Assembly (NCBI GenBank): GCA_964016885.1
Contig: OZ024743.1
Span: forward strand, 341,310,001-341,374,000
Direction of reading: 5' to 3'
From: Eledone cirrhosa
Lineage: Eukaryota
DNA: 64,000 bases
A program made the translations under genes and the position numbers. Within the stretch, counting starts at the first letter, position 1. Every line of letters begins with the position of its first letter. The notes below the pieces were generated by a model. That model did not search any database, was not told the origin of the DNA, and saw nothing but the letters and a program-made list of their open reading frames with translations. This document shows, piece by piece, positions 41,425 through 54,915 of this stretch.

Positions 41425-41590
41425 TTCTACTTTTGGCAAAGGCCAATTACTGGTACATTATTTTATCGAACCCGGAAGGATGAAAGGCAAAGTTAACCTC
41501 GGCGGGATTTGAACTCAGTCCGTAAAGGGACGTAACTCTATGATGCAAAGCATGGCGTCCCAACCTCTTCCGATACGGCCAATCCACCAA
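41425..41590 (-). mobile_element. tRNA-derived SINE
   Basis: Reverse-complement copy. Confidence 0.85.
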
Positions 41591-42527
41591 ATAAAATAAT
41601 GAACAGCTCTTGTGTGGACTGTAATTGCTTTAGTCAAATTTTACTTTCAATGGCTCGGTCTATCCTGTGTCATGGCAATCAACTAGTATACATTTATACA
41701 GGTTCTACACCGTGTATTGAATCAGAAATCTCGTAGTTGTGAACTTATCTTCTTCGCCAACAGCAATCTAGAATGTTTGTTTTGTTGGGATTTGTTTGAA
41801 TCAGTTATTCCGTAGAAATGCTTCCTCTCATTTATAATAGATTTTATATTACTATAGATTATAAATGTTTTTCCTTATTTTTTCTTTAGCTTACTTCAAA
41901 TAAATTTATGAATCTTTCAGTATGATAATTTAATTTAATTTAATTATTTGCTTGTACATCTTGTTAAATATTTAAAATCTTGATATCGAGTGAATGAAAG
42001 TTATCTCTCGATGTTTTTGATTTTGTTTTATTTCAGAACTCATCTTCTTAATGCACTAGAAAATTAACATCTTTAGGAAGTTTTACTATTTCTATTTTAT
42101 ATTGTAAAAGAAATAATCAATGAATGGAAGATCTCAATATTATTGAAATATTTTTTTTCAAAATATCTCTGCATAATTTTTTCTTCACTAAAATTCTCGC
42201 GGAATTGAATTTCATCAAAGAAATTTACCAATACAAATTAAAATAACAAGCATGAAGTATTTATTTCAATTAATAGAATATTATTGGTGAATATTAGAAA
42301 AATACCAATTAATATCGGAGCTACACTTGTTTAGCAAGTAGTCTGATCTGAGATCGAATGCTGAAACTGAATCAATTACCTCATTGACGTAATTAAAATA
42401 TAAATACACAATAATATTTTCTATTTAATATCATAATAGTATTACATATAATAAAGTGTCAAACAATCTTTGTCAGACAGTTAGGAATTGATTCCTATAT
42501 ATACAAACACACACACACACACACACG

Positions 42528-42624
<97 letters not shown>

Positions 42625-42725
42625 GTATAGGAAGAACAAACGACTAGGCAAACGATTAGAGATTAGATGAGAATAATTTAATTAAAATCGTTCTTTAACA
42701 AGTGTTTCAGTACAGCATCAGTCTA

Positions 42726-42912
42726 CGGCGCTGGATTGGCAGTATCAGTAGAGAGTCGGACGCCATGCTACGGCATTTTATGATCTGAGTTCAAATCCCG
42801 CCGATGTTAACTTTGCCTTTCATTCTACGGATGGCGATAAAATAAAGTACCAGTAATGCACTGAAATAATTGCTGGACTTGTGCCAAAAGTAGAAACAAT
42901 TATTATTATTAT
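42726..42912 (+). mobile_element. tRNA-derived SINE
   Basis: A/B boxes, core and (TTA)n tail. Confidence 0.85.
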
Positions 42913-43779
42913 GCCCAATCGCTAGCATTACGTAAACACTGCACCTCTTCAGAATGATTTCATAGTTCGAGGTGAGGTCGCTACATCTTGCAGTAAGGAT
43001 TTTTCTTACTGTTATCTACTCAGACCAATTGTTCTACACTAATAGAGATGGTGCAAGAAACGGAGGCGTGGGAGGGACAGGAAGAGTAAAGTAAGCACAA
43101 TAATCAAAACAATAAAAAACCAAAATAACTAAAAGGGTGTGTGTTTACTTATACATAAACACACTTGTACACCTAAATATAGGTATATATATATACACAC
43201 ACCCCCACATATACATATTTATATACCTCACGTATACCCATACACGCATACGCACACTCACACGTATTCTTATATATATATACACACGCACACCTATGCA
43301 TACGTAAATACGCTTATACATATATAACACACATACATACGTACATATACTCATCTACATTTATATATATATATATATATGTATGTAAAAGGTAAACAGA
43401 AATAACAACCCAATCCGTACAGTATATGGACGGTATATATTAGGTTAACACTTGATATAGCAGGAAGAGGGTCTTAATGTTTCTGTCGCTAGTCCTTTAT
43501 CAGAAGAAAGAATGAGAAATAAAATAGATTAAGGGGACAGGCGGGATCGGATTGGAAAAAATATATATATATACATTTTGACTGCTTACTTGTCTCTTTT
43601 ATGGGTTATACGTCTGTATATGTATTTGTATAGATGTGTACGGGTGTATGTATGTAGGTATGTACGAGTGTAAAGACATGTATATATGCCCGTATGGACA
43701 CATGTAGTATGTCTGTGTACATATATATAACCTTCATAGGTTTTGGCCCGTATTGGCCCATGCCATGTGTAACTTAATA

Positions 43780-43996
43780 GCCCCACCTGGTGAAGTCTTT
43801 CAAATCAAGATTTGGACACCATGGCCCACTCAAGAAGGGAGTTATTGGTTGCGGAGACATATCTGTGTGTAGGAGGTTTATCCGGGATCGCTTGTAAGAA
43901 TTTGTTCTAAGACCTCCTGAACTTTATGGGGTCCCTTTCTGTTTTAATGTGCTTTTGTGTAATATTAAAGAGAGCGGAGCCAATTGAGGTCCAGGC
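43780..43996 (-). mobile_element. CR1/L2-group LINE ORF2 C-terminal remnant
   Basis: Translates to ALFNITQKHIKTERDPIKFRRS*NKFLQAIPDKPPTHRYVSATNNSLLEW. Confidence 0.6.
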
Positions 43997-44361
43997 ATAC
44001 ATAGAATCACCCCCACCCCCACATATATACACACACATATATATATATATATATAAATATATAATTTCAGCGAGATCGTATTTTGGCGGTAGCCCAAAAG
44101 AAAACGAGACGTAATGTTCGAGATATGCGGCAAGCGTTCAATGGACTAAAAGAAGACCAGAGCAATTAACATACGTTATAGAGGCCAGACAAAATGAAAA
44201 TAGTGGACGTGAAGCCCTCAGCCACTGGAGCCAATAAAACGAAACAAGCTAAACAGCTTAACAAAAGATATATATTGGATTGTAAAGTATGAAATTTGTA
44301 AAAATTTGTTGAAAATAACAAATTTCTATAAATTTCATACTTGACGACCTAATATATATAT

Positions 44362-44853
44362 AAATTCAGTTTAACATTTCATGTATTCACCCATGTAGAG
44401 CGATAAAAATATTTGTTAGTTATTTGCTATAGCAAAGCCGGCATTAATCGCTCGTCTACATAAATCTGACTGGTCTATCTACTGATATGCAAATATTGCT
44501 GATCAATGGGTCTGCTAATATGCAGAACTGAATGATCAGGCTGTCTGCTAATATGCAAATCAGATTGATAAGTCACTGTATATTCTAGAAAATATCATAT
44601 ACTTTCACTAGTTCTGGTAGTTTGGCAGGTGATCAGTATACGGTACTGATGAAGGGTAATAGCCCAGAAACACGAGTGTCTTCCGTTCTGTTTATATGCC
44701 AACAAAACAGCAAGAATGCGGGCTCATTCTACTGACATGACTTAAGAGGCTGTTTGATTATTTCGAACGAATCGAATATTATTATTAATATTCGAAAATC
44801 TCAGATTTACATTTCTTGTAATTAGCCATGTAGAGCGATAAAACTATTTGTTA
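44362..44853 (+). mobile_element. About 435-bp unit with a ~55-bp terminal direct repeat and one hammerhead (retrozyme/pLTR-like monomer)
   Basis: ccatgtagagcgataaaa.tatttgtta occurs at 44391 and 44826, with an HHR at 44640-44686 between them. Confidence 0.65.
44640..44686 (+). ncRNA. Minimal type I hammerhead ribozyme motif
   Basis: acggta CTGATGA a gggt aata gccc a GAAA cac ga gtg TC ttccgt. Confidence 0.75.
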
Positions 44854-44916
44854 TATATATATATATGTATATAACAAAAGACGGCTAACCTCCGGCCTTT
44901 TCGACAGATAGATCCG

Positions 44917-44967
<51 letters not shown>

Positions 44968-45091
44968 CGAAGGAAATGTGGTAAGGAACCAGGTGGACCA
45001 TAACGCACCAAAGTACTCAATACTTGGGGTAGTAGAGTGGGTAATAGGAACCAGTAAGACCCCGACGGCTGAGCTCAAGCCGTTTCGACGG

Positions 45092-45796
45092 ACCATCAAT
45101 AGATATATATTCAAGTGGGCTCCTATAATTCATCAGTGGGTGCCCCAATAATACTAATATTGATAATCTAACCAACATCAGTATTTAGCGATAATCATCA
45201 TCCTCTGTGCCTGAGGTATCTGTCAGGTTGCCAGTCCAGCAGTTTTAAAGAAGTGCTCAAACTGATTCAAAAAATGAGGAAGTAAATTACCGCCAGAAAA
45301 ACAATACATGCGCATGACAATGAATTCTGAAAGCAATTCAGGCCACGTGCTAAGAACTCAACAGAAACGAATATATATATATATTTCGTTTCTGAATTTG
45401 TTTAGCAAGATTCATTATCTGAAAACGTGTGTTGAAACCGATATTGTTATACTTTGGGAGCGTCATGTTGCCAATAAGAAACACACGCACCAGATGCTTT
45501 CACATAAATATTTTTTCAATTTTCAATTGAGTTCTTAGCACGTGGCCTGAATTCCTTTCAGAATTCATTGTCATGCGCATGTATTGTTTTTCTGGCGGTA
45601 ATTTACTTCCTCATTTTTTGAATCAGTTTGAGCACTTCTTTAAAACTGCTGGACTGGCAACCTGACAGATACCTCAGGCACAGAGGATGATGATTATCGC
45701 TAAATACTGATGTTGGTTAGATTATCAATATTAGTATTATTGGGGCACCCACTGATGAATTATAGGAGCCCACTTGAATATATATCTATTGATGGT
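45092..45796. repeat. 270-bp-arm inverted repeat with 165-bp spacer
   Basis: 45092-45361 vs 45527-45796 show one mismatch by eye. The spacer contains a repeat also present at about 62466-62558. Confidence 0.95.
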
Positions 45797-46049
45797 ATAC
45801 AAGCTCCTACATAAATTGGTATAATTTCACCCAAATTGTAGGAATCCTATAATGAAACGAGACGTCCGTCTGGGAAGAGATATATTAGATATGTCTCATA
45901 TGAAATAATACAGCCAATTTTCCACGCAATACTTTTAGTTAGCACCCCGAACGCATAATTGGGAATATAATCACTTATTTCCTAATGTTTGTTGAGTGAG
46001 TTGGAATTTGGCCGGAGTGTCGCTAAAAAGCTTTCTCCGATATTGTATT

Positions 46050-46093
<44 letters not shown>

Positions 46094-49089
46094 CGACTAA
46101 ACACGATGAAGTACAACTATGGTGGCCCCTTGAACTTTCTATTTTCTAACTGAAAATTCATGAACATATTTTCTAAACCAAATTTCACTAATTTATCAAA
46201 TAAAGATGTTTACGCTTTGTTTTTAATTTTATTCATTACTAAACCACAGTAAATTGGTCAACGGGATAAAACGTAAATTTACATTACATGGGGACATGAT
46301 TCAGCTCCATCATTTGCAATGTGGTTTATTCTTACTAAAAAACACGTGGCCCTTCCCCCCTTGATATTCTAATTACTGAATATTTTGCTAAATAGTTAAT
46401 GCGGACCTAACGAGATAGCACTTATGCAGTCGCTTCATCTATTTTATTCTGTTATGCAGTTAAATTCCGTCAATAAAATCATGTAGTCCTAGATTTGCAA
46501 AAACACGGTATAATCATGACAGGAAATCTTTTGATCAAAGATATGTTCAATCAGTTGCTGATCTTTTTTGAAAACAACAGTGGTTAATTAATCTACATGG
46601 GAAAAGATAATCAAACTCCCATTCTTTCTGTGACTAAATCATACAAAAAATATATTTCTTGCTTGAACAGTAAGATACGCAGTTACTAATGATGTTCTAC
46701 TCTAATCGTTAATGTGTCTGATTAATAACAATGCTGCTTCATATCTTAGTTACTATACCATAATAATGTGGTTTCAGTCAACATGGGCTTCATACCCTCA
46801 ATTTAATGGAAGAACTATAAATTATTTAATCCACAATAGTATTTGACTTTGACCGCTATTTAATCAACTCCAGAACGATGAAAAGACAATGGTCGATACT
46901 GGCGGAGATTCAAATGAGAACATAGGGAACCGTAAGGTATTTTGTCCACCGCTCGGGCAATTTTGCCAAGCCATCGCTTTTACGCATAAGATCACTTAAA
47001 GATGTTCGTAGCGATCACTTTCATTATAAAATCTATTCAGATGCTGCAAGGAAAACACATTTACATAGAATCATTTTCATAATCGCCTTAGCGCTATTTC
47101 ATTCTATTAATCAGTCTGGTCATTTGATTAAGACTTGAACGAATCTGGCGCCTCTTGTGCAAGCTGTCGCTGACTGTCTTCACTAGTTCCTGATGTTATT
47201 GTTCATATTTCTCTCATTATTATGGTGATGGTGGGAAGAAAGTATTGCTAGTTGGGGTAGTGGTGGTGGTGGTTAATGGTGGTGGTGGTGTTAATGGAGG
47301 TGGTACTAAGTTCCTGCTGGTGATATCTAGGACTTACTGTGTAGCTACTAGAGTGAAAATATTTGTCAACTAACTTGCCATGGTTTACGTCATGGGAAAT
47401 TGTTTACGCTTGTTAGGTGACGTCAAACAGATTAGGGTATTTTATTTATTTCTTGATTTTTTAAAGTAATTTATATTTCAATCTTGTTAACCCAGAATTA
47501 ACGAAACGAGAAATTAAATTATCGATACTTGACTCCTTTTCCTTGAGTGCTTATAAAGTATATTGATGTCGGTGTTTGTTTTTTTGCTTGCTAATTTTAT
47601 GCTGGTGATGTTGTGCGTGTATGTAATTATGATTCTAACGAGAATGAGATAGACGGCGCCTGTGTTTAGGGTGGCGAACATGCTGATGGCTGTAACAGTA
47701 TGGGTTGTCGATGCGTTAGGAGTCGAAGACGGTGGTCATGGTGACGAATGTTGATAGTGTCTATTCGTGATGGTGATAGTGTTTGTGCTGAATTTATTGA
47801 TGGTGGTGATGACGGTGACCTTGATAGCGGTAATGAAGGAGATGATGTCTATGATAACTGTGAAGTTGCTGGTGGGGCGTTAGTGCCAGCAGTTGTTTAC
47901 GCTTGACACAAAATTGCTTTCAATTAAGATTTGCTTTACATAGTCGGATATTTGAATCACTTTCGGTTTGTTTACTTTTTTGTTTGTTTGTTCTCTCTCT
48001 CCTTTCAGTTTTATCTCTATATCTTGTCCTTTCTCTCAATTTTCTCTCTGTGTACTTATTCCCTATCTCTCTCTCTATCTCTCTTTCTCTCTCTCTCTCT
48101 TTCACTCTCTTTTACGCCTTTTTCTCATTCTCACATCTCTTCTCACCTATTTTAAACATGAAATAAATTCATCAGACAGCTACTTATTTTATATAGGACT
48201 TCATCTAGACTTTGCGCATTTCTCACTTGATGACGTTATTTGATTTCCAAATAAATTTGTCAAGTTAATTAATCCCTACGGCTAAAAAAAAATGAAAATA
48301 AAGAAATTTTCAATTAAATTTCTTCGTTTTTTTTTCAAGTGTTCCTCTTCAGATGCGTTAGATTTTTCTACAGTCTTTTTATGTTTGTGCACACGTTGAA
48401 TTAAGTGTGTATGATACACTTTGTTATGTAATTAGTATTGCTGTCGTTGTTGTTTTGTCCTAGCTAGGTTGCTGATCAAAGATAGTTTCTGTCGTAAACA
48501 TACATTATTCAAACAGTGCATCAGGTAAACATATATAGAAAAGATCTATGGTCAGAGGCAAGTAAGCAGAAATTCCTGTCATTATCTTACTGTCGTGTTA
48601 TTTTTCATTTGGACATGTTCTATCTCTAATGACATTATACAATGTATTCTTCCTTATTCAAGACGTTAGTTGACACTCCGTTATTTGACACCTATTTCTA
48701 GCCGGCCAGGTGACTCGTAAATGTTGCCTCATTGGCTCATATTTTTCTGTAGTGTGTTTGTTGTTGATGATGAAGCTATTGTTTAGCACTAATCAGGTAG
48801 ATACTGATTACGGAGCATTTCAATGTTGAATAGTCCGTTTTTTCCAGATATTGTTAGCTCGGGTTTACATTATTGAATTTGTATAGTGTGATGTGAAAAA
48901 GATTTCTCGATTATTTCTAGCAGATTCTTTTAAAATAATCACAATATTTTTAGAGTATTCACCAATATACTATCCAACGTGTACTTCCCACCTTTTACAG
49001 AGGTAAGGTGTTACTTGATAAAGAACCGGCTGCTATTTCTAGCAAGCGAAGGGCAGCTTATTCTTTGATTCTATATCAGTCGTACTACA

Positions 49090-49650
49090 GTGGATACAGC
49101 ATGGCTAAGATAGGTGTTTCGCAATCATTAGGTCCCATGGGTCGAACAATTGTAACCGTCAGTGCTTCAATTGTCTTTCGGAAACAAGAAATGAAGTGTA
49201 TCGGTTTTATGGAAGAGAAACTTCGTATCGTCTGATGCAATAGTATTACCAGATGGACAAAGGACAAACGGTACATACAACAGAAAATAGGTTAAAATAC
49301 CTAGGCATAGTGAAACCAAATACAATCAAAGGAAAGGGGAGGAAACGGGACATTTGAAAAACATATTTCAGAAGATTGAAGTTGCCCTTAAACATCAAAT
49401 TTAAATGAGAAAGACACCATCATGATGGCAATAAAAAGGTGGTTTGGTTCAATGATAATTTAAGAAGACGAAGTTGTCAAATGCAGCAAAACATGAAAAA
49501 CAATGACGATGAATGGTGTACTTCATCCCAAAAGTGATTTCGATATAAATAGCTCTTAAGAATCAGAGATGGCAGATGATTGTTAGGTTGTGGAAAGTGT
49601 ATAAACTGTGAGGAAGAAAACATTACTTGGTACATAAAGAAAGCTTTAGC
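49090..49650 (+). mobile_element. Degenerate R4/Dong-like LINE fragment
   Basis: Remnant motifs KYLGI and TMTMNGVLHPKSD, paralleling the 10800-11100 fragment. Confidence 0.5.
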
Positions 49651-49723
49651 TTTCTAGCTGATATTCTAAAGACGTGTGCAACTTACTATATATATATATA
49701 TAGCATTTATATGTATCTATATC

Positions 49724-49754
<31 letters not shown>

Positions 49755-49814
49755 TAAAATAACAGATTAAAGTTTAAGCAAAGAATCGCTGCTTTCACCA
49801 TATATATATGTATA

Positions 49815-49862
<48 letters not shown>

Positions 49863-50180
49863 TTAAGTTGTTAAACAATATTCGATGATTATGTCAAATC
49901 CAGATGGATATTACTAGCTACTATTCTTCTATAACACTTAAACTTCTAAATAAGGCCCTCTGATATGCTTATAAGCATACCGATCTAACCACAAATGAAA
50001 TAGATATAATTTTAACAGCTAGAAGAACTCTCATTAACTTCAATAACGAACTTTGGACACGCTCAGATAGAGATAGAAACTTTGATATCACTATGGGGGC
50101 ATCTGATTCCGCGCAAATCACAGATCTTCTGGGAGTTTTCATATTAAACATGATAAATAGGAAACTGCCGGAGATTACCA

Positions 50181-51362
50181 GTGGTTTATGATGAGATTTT
50201 ATTTACGGTGGTCAAACACAATAATATAGAATTAAAAAGAGTTAAGAAAAGTATAATAGAATTCTTTAAAACGTACGACCTCAAATTAGAAGTAGAAAAT
50301 GGTACCAAAATAGTTAATTTCCTTGACGTTACCTTCACCTTAAACACTGGCTTCTATTACCCTTTTCATAAGCCTAATGAACACTTAAGCTATGTTAGTA
50401 ACTATTCAAATCACCCTAGATCTGCAAAAAACGCTATAGTAAATAGTGTGCAAAAACGTATTAATAAAATATCAGCTAATAAAGATATATTTGATAAAAA
50501 TGCGAAATATTACAACAACGCGTTAAAAAGAGCAGGATATATGAATAATATAGAATATGTAGATAATAACAATCCAAGTATTATTCCTAATAATAATAAT
50601 AAAAATTATAACACATATAAGAGTAACTCTAATGACTATAACTCAAACACACATACGCTAAATAAATCGAGAATACGAACTAGATCTAAACCAGTCATAT
50701 GGTTTGCACCCCCAGCTTCGGCCGCACTTAAAACACCAATTGCAAAACTATTCTTTAAAGCTCTTGACACCTCTTTCTCTACTCAACATAAATACCATTC
50801 CATTTTTAATAGACATACCATTAAATTCGCAAATTCTACAACCAGTAACATGGCCCAAATCATCGCCAAATTACACGCCAAAATCCTAAAACCAAACCAA
50901 CATAATGATAATAATAATAGAGTTAACATTAATGATACTAAACCAAATTGTAATTGTAGAAATAAAAGTAATTGCCCTTTGCAAAATAATTGTTTAGATA
51001 GTAATTTGGTTTATAAATGCACCGTAAAAACTGACCATAAGACATACAATTACATTGGATCAACCTCGTCCACATTCAAACTTCGTTTCGCGAACCATAA
51101 ATGCTCATTCTCGAACTCTAAGAAGAAATCATCCACGTCTTTATCACAGCTCACATGGTCTTTAAAAGAGAAGAATCTGGAATACTCCATTCTTTGGACA
51201 AAACTTCGGAACTGTGGAATTTACCGCAACTCTAGTATTTCAAATAACTGCCCGCTCTGTACAATGGAAACCCTGTTTATTATTAATAATTATGAGACCC
51301 TAATTAACAAAAAAAGTGAATTATTCTCTAATTGCCTCCGTAAAGCTCTGTCCACTTTTTGA
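50181..51362 (+). CDS. Penelope-like ORF fragment: RT thumb, Cys-rich linker and GIY-YIG endonuclease
   Basis: Motifs VNFLDVTF, YHKP-like FHKPN, SNHP, VIWFAPP, CNCRNKSNCPLQNNCL..NLVYKC, YIGSTSSTFKLRFANHKCSF and CPLCTME. Confidence 0.92.
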   Translation: MVYDEILFTVVKHNNIELKRVKKSIIEFFKTYDLKLEVENGTKIVNFLDVTFTLNTGFYYPFHKPNEHLSYVSNYSNHPRSAKNAIVNSVQKRINKISANKDIFDKNAKYYNNALKRAGYMNNIEYVDNNNPSIIPNNNNKNYNTYKSNSNDYNSNTHTLNKSRIRTRSKPVIWFAPPASAALKTPIAKLFFKALDTSFSTQHKYHSIFNRHTIKFANSTTSNMAQIIAKLHAKILKPNQHNDNNNRVNINDTKPNCNCRNKSNCPLQNNCLDSNLVYKCTVKTDHKTYNYIGSTSSTFKLRFANHKCSFSNSKKKSSTSLSQLTWSLKEKNLEYSILWTKLRNCGIYRNSSISNNCPLCTMETLFIINNYETLINKKSELFSNCLRKALSTF

Positions 51363-52969
51363 GTCTCACATAAAACGAGAAAGAAAGAACCAATAACAAC
51401 TCGGTTACCAGTAATATATAATCAACAGTAAAAAAACATCAATGGCCTTTAATATTGCTTTATTTTATAAATATGTATAGAAAAAACAACGTTAGAATGA
51501 ATGACAATATTTCAATTAGCATGCCTAAACATTGATACACACAACTTTATTTGTTAACTTTGATAAACACCATCATTTATCTATAATTTAGTACAATACC
51601 TAATCCTTACATATCTATTGAATTTATTTAACTGTGAATTTTTAATACATTTGTAATCTCTTTTAAATTTTAGTTTTAATACCCAATGCAAAAAAATTTT
51701 ACGAAACTTATCTATAACTCCAAATGTTTAATGACTTTTTGATCTATTATTTGTAGTATAATATAGCATATATTTCTTTTAAATATACTTACTGCACTAT
51801 AAAATCTAAATTTGAGACGGATTCAAACTTATATATAAATGTGAACTTTTCACTGTACTTTCGATCTCTTATTTATTTATTTATTTATTTATAATATAAT
51901 GTATTATAATATATATGTAGTTATATATTGTATTTTATATATTTTTAAATATTTTTAAATATACCTACCATACTTCTATATACATAATTCAAATATAAAG
52001 AAAATATCCAAACTAAAAATTATTATAGACATTATTTTGAACTTTATACATGCATTCATTGTTCGTTTTTCTTATATGTATATATATATATATTTAAATG
52101 TGACACGTTGTTAAGATTCTAATGTTATCATTTACCTAATGTATAATACAATAATAATACCTAATATATATCTATATATATACATCACTATATCTAATAA
52201 TATGTTGATGTCTTGCATGAAGAATAATTACTACATTTACACCCAATTATACATATGTATAAAATTTATCCGTAACATATTATTTTATTTTATTTTTATC
52301 TTCGTTGGTATTATTTACCTTAAACATACTGACTCATTAATATATACCTATATACATAATAGTTATTCAAATATTTATAACAATAATTACTTCAAAAGCT
52401 TTACATACCTAATATGTTGGGATATTTGTTAAAGTTTAGATTTAGGTAATTAATCAACAGTATAATATTTTATTCTTTATGTGCCAGCTAAATCCTTTAA
52501 AATGTTATTCTCACAATTCAGAAGTTTAGAAATGATAACACACTTATCGAATTTATATAAATAATATATAAATAAATAGCAAATAATCCTGAAATCTGGA
52601 GTCTTCACATTAATATTATAAATTAAATATTTCCAAATCTAACCGTTTAACTTACGACCCCCCCCCCACACACACACACTTTATCTTTCCTTCCTTATAA
52701 ATCTGTTTCCTGTGGCTATCACTGGCTGTTATGATTCATGTGACGTTTCCCTAGATATATTGTAGTATCATAAAATTTAAAATTTTAGAACACTTTCAGT
52801 ATGCAACGTTTTTTCTTACTCACACATTCTCTAATGAATTCATTACGTTTTCGCACTTTCACACAGATATTATATAAGTACAATTTTCTATCGGGTAATC
52901 ACTACCTTGATTAAATCTTAACCATTTAACATCTCAGGGTAGGTCTATATCATTATATTTCAGGGTATC

Positions 52970-53032
52970 ATTATATTTTGTCTGATGAGGACGTACTGTT
53001 GTACATCCGAAATATGTATAATAAAATATAAT
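52970..53032 (+). ncRNA. Type I hammerhead ribozyme at the 3' end (pLTR) of the Penelope element
   Basis: attatattttgt CTGATGA ggacgtac tgtt gtacatcc GAAA tatgta TA ataaaatataat; 12-bp stem I and 7/8-bp stem II. Confidence 0.82.
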
Positions 53033-53192
53033 TGATCAAAAGAACATCTATTGTATTAATACTTATATTTTAATAAGTTGTAATAAAATGAAAACGAAAT
53101 TTCATTTCTCACTCTTGGTACGGCACTTACTTAAATGTAAGTATGTGTGTATACGTACATACATATATGTATACAGACGTACAGTAGCATGC

Positions 53193-53225
<33 letters not shown>

Positions 53226-53377
53226 CAGGTACACATACATATATGCACGCATCAGCTTAGCGGACGCTTATTATAACGCCGCTTTGTTCGTTTGTAAACA
53301 AACTGAACAGCCTGAATTGTTATGCCGTACGGTGTTAAGACAACCACGTCACCTTTTTGTTCAACACTGACACAGGA

Positions 53378-53420
53378 ACGATGTACTAGTTTCAAGCTTG
53401 TTAGCTATCATCAGCACCGT
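53378..53420 (-). ncRNA. Minimal type I hammerhead ribozyme (array copy 1)
   Basis: Minus strand reads acggtg CTGATGA t agct aaca agct t GAAA ctag TA catcgt. Confidence 0.82.
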
Positions 53421-53834
53421 ATACCCATCTGCCAGATAGTTGAACGTTCGAAATTATATACTTTCCTTATGAAAATTAACGGCTGAGCAGCCTAATTTGC
53501 ATATCGAGTGAGATCGGTCAGGCGTACCGAGAACGATAAGTTGTAATAAAATGAAAATGAAATTTCATTTCTCACTCTTAGTACGGCACTTACTTAAATG
53601 TAAGTATGTGTGTGTACGTAAATACATATATGTATACAGACGTACAATAGCATGCATATATATATATATATATATATACATACAGGTACACATACATATA
53701 TGCACGCATCAGCTTAGCGGACGCTTATTATAACGCCGCTTTGTTCGTTTGTAAACAAACTGAACAGCCTCAATTTTTATGCCGTACGGTGTTAAGGCAA
53801 CCACGTCACCTTTTTGTTCAACACTGACACAGGA

Positions 53835-53877
53835 ACGATGTACTAGTTTCAAGCTTGTTAGCTATCATCAGCACCGT
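53835..53877 (-). ncRNA. Minimal type I hammerhead ribozyme (array copy 2)
   Basis: Identical to copy 1, 457 bp away. Confidence 0.82.
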
Positions 53878-54109
53878 ATACCCATCTGCCAGATAGTTGA
53901 ACGTTCGAAAGTATATACTTTCCTTATGAAAATTAACGGCTGAGCAGCCTAATTTGCATATCGAGTGAGTTCGGTCAGGCGTACCGAGAACGATAAGTTG
54001 TAATAAAATGAAAACGAAATTTCGTTCCTCACTCTTAGTACGGCACTTACTTAAATATAAGTATGTGTGTATACGTACATACATATATGTATACAGACGT
54101 ACAGTAGCA

Positions 54110-54158
<49 letters not shown>

Positions 54159-54392
54159 GCTACTGTACGTCTGTATACATATATGTATGTATGTATACAT
54201 ACATACTTACATTTAAGTAAGTGCCGTACTAAGAGTGAGAAATGAAATTTCGTTTCATCATATTCCAACTTATCGTTTTCGGTGCGCCTGGCCGACTGAA
54301 CTCACTCGATATGCAAATTAGGCTGCTCAGCCGTTAATTTTCATAAGGAAAGTATATACTTTCGAACGTTCAACTATCTGGCAGGCGGGTAT

Positions 54393-54435
54393 ACGGTGCT
54401 GATGATAGCTAACAAGCTTGAAACTAGTACATCGT
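54393..54435 (+). ncRNA. Minimal type I hammerhead ribozyme (array copy 3)
   Basis: acggtgCTGATGAtagctaacaagcttGAAActagTAcatcgt. Confidence 0.82.
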
Positions 54436-54872
54436 TCCTGTGTCAGTGTTGAACACAAAGGTGACGTGGTTGCCTTAACACCGTACGGCATAAAAATTGA
54501 GGCTGTTCAGTTTGTTTACAAACGAACAAAGCGGCGTTATAATAAGCGTCCGCTAAGCTGATGCGTGCATATATGTATGTGTACCTGTATGTATATATAT
54601 ATATTATATATATATAATATATATATATATATATGCATGCTACTGTACGTCTGTATACATATATGTATGTACGTATACACACATACTTACATTTAAGTAA
54701 GTGCCGCCGTACTAAGAGTGAGAAATGAAATTTCGTTTTCATTTTATTACAACTTATCTTCCTCGGTACGCCTGACTGAACTCACTCGATATGCAAATTA
54801 GGCTGCTCAGCCGTTAATTTTCATAAGGAAAGTATATACTTTCGAACGTTCAACTATCTGGCAGATGGGTAT

Positions 54873-54915
54873 ACGGTGCTGATGATAGCTAACATGCTTG
54901 AAACTAGTACATCGT
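54873..54915 (+). ncRNA. Minimal type I hammerhead ribozyme (array copy 4, one stem II substitution)
   Basis: As copy 3 but with aacatgctt; 480 bp downstream. Confidence 0.78.

Larger units (their letters stand above)
49860..53070 (+). mobile_element. 5'-truncated Penelope-like element (RT C-terminus, GIY-YIG, long AT-rich 3' region ending in a hammerhead)
   Basis: RT motif FDITMGASDSAQITDLLG (about 50080), ORF 50181-51362 and an HHR at 52970-53032. Assigning the AT-rich tail to the element is inference. Confidence 0.75.

Noticed and set aside
43468-43510. Minus-strand CTGATAA...GAAAcatta candidate
   Set aside because: The C3-A8 mismatch is uncompensated and stem II does not pair.
47230-47880. 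GGT/GAT-rich stretch as a possible exon
   Set aside because: It is a degenerate trinucleotide low-complexity tract without a sustained ORF.
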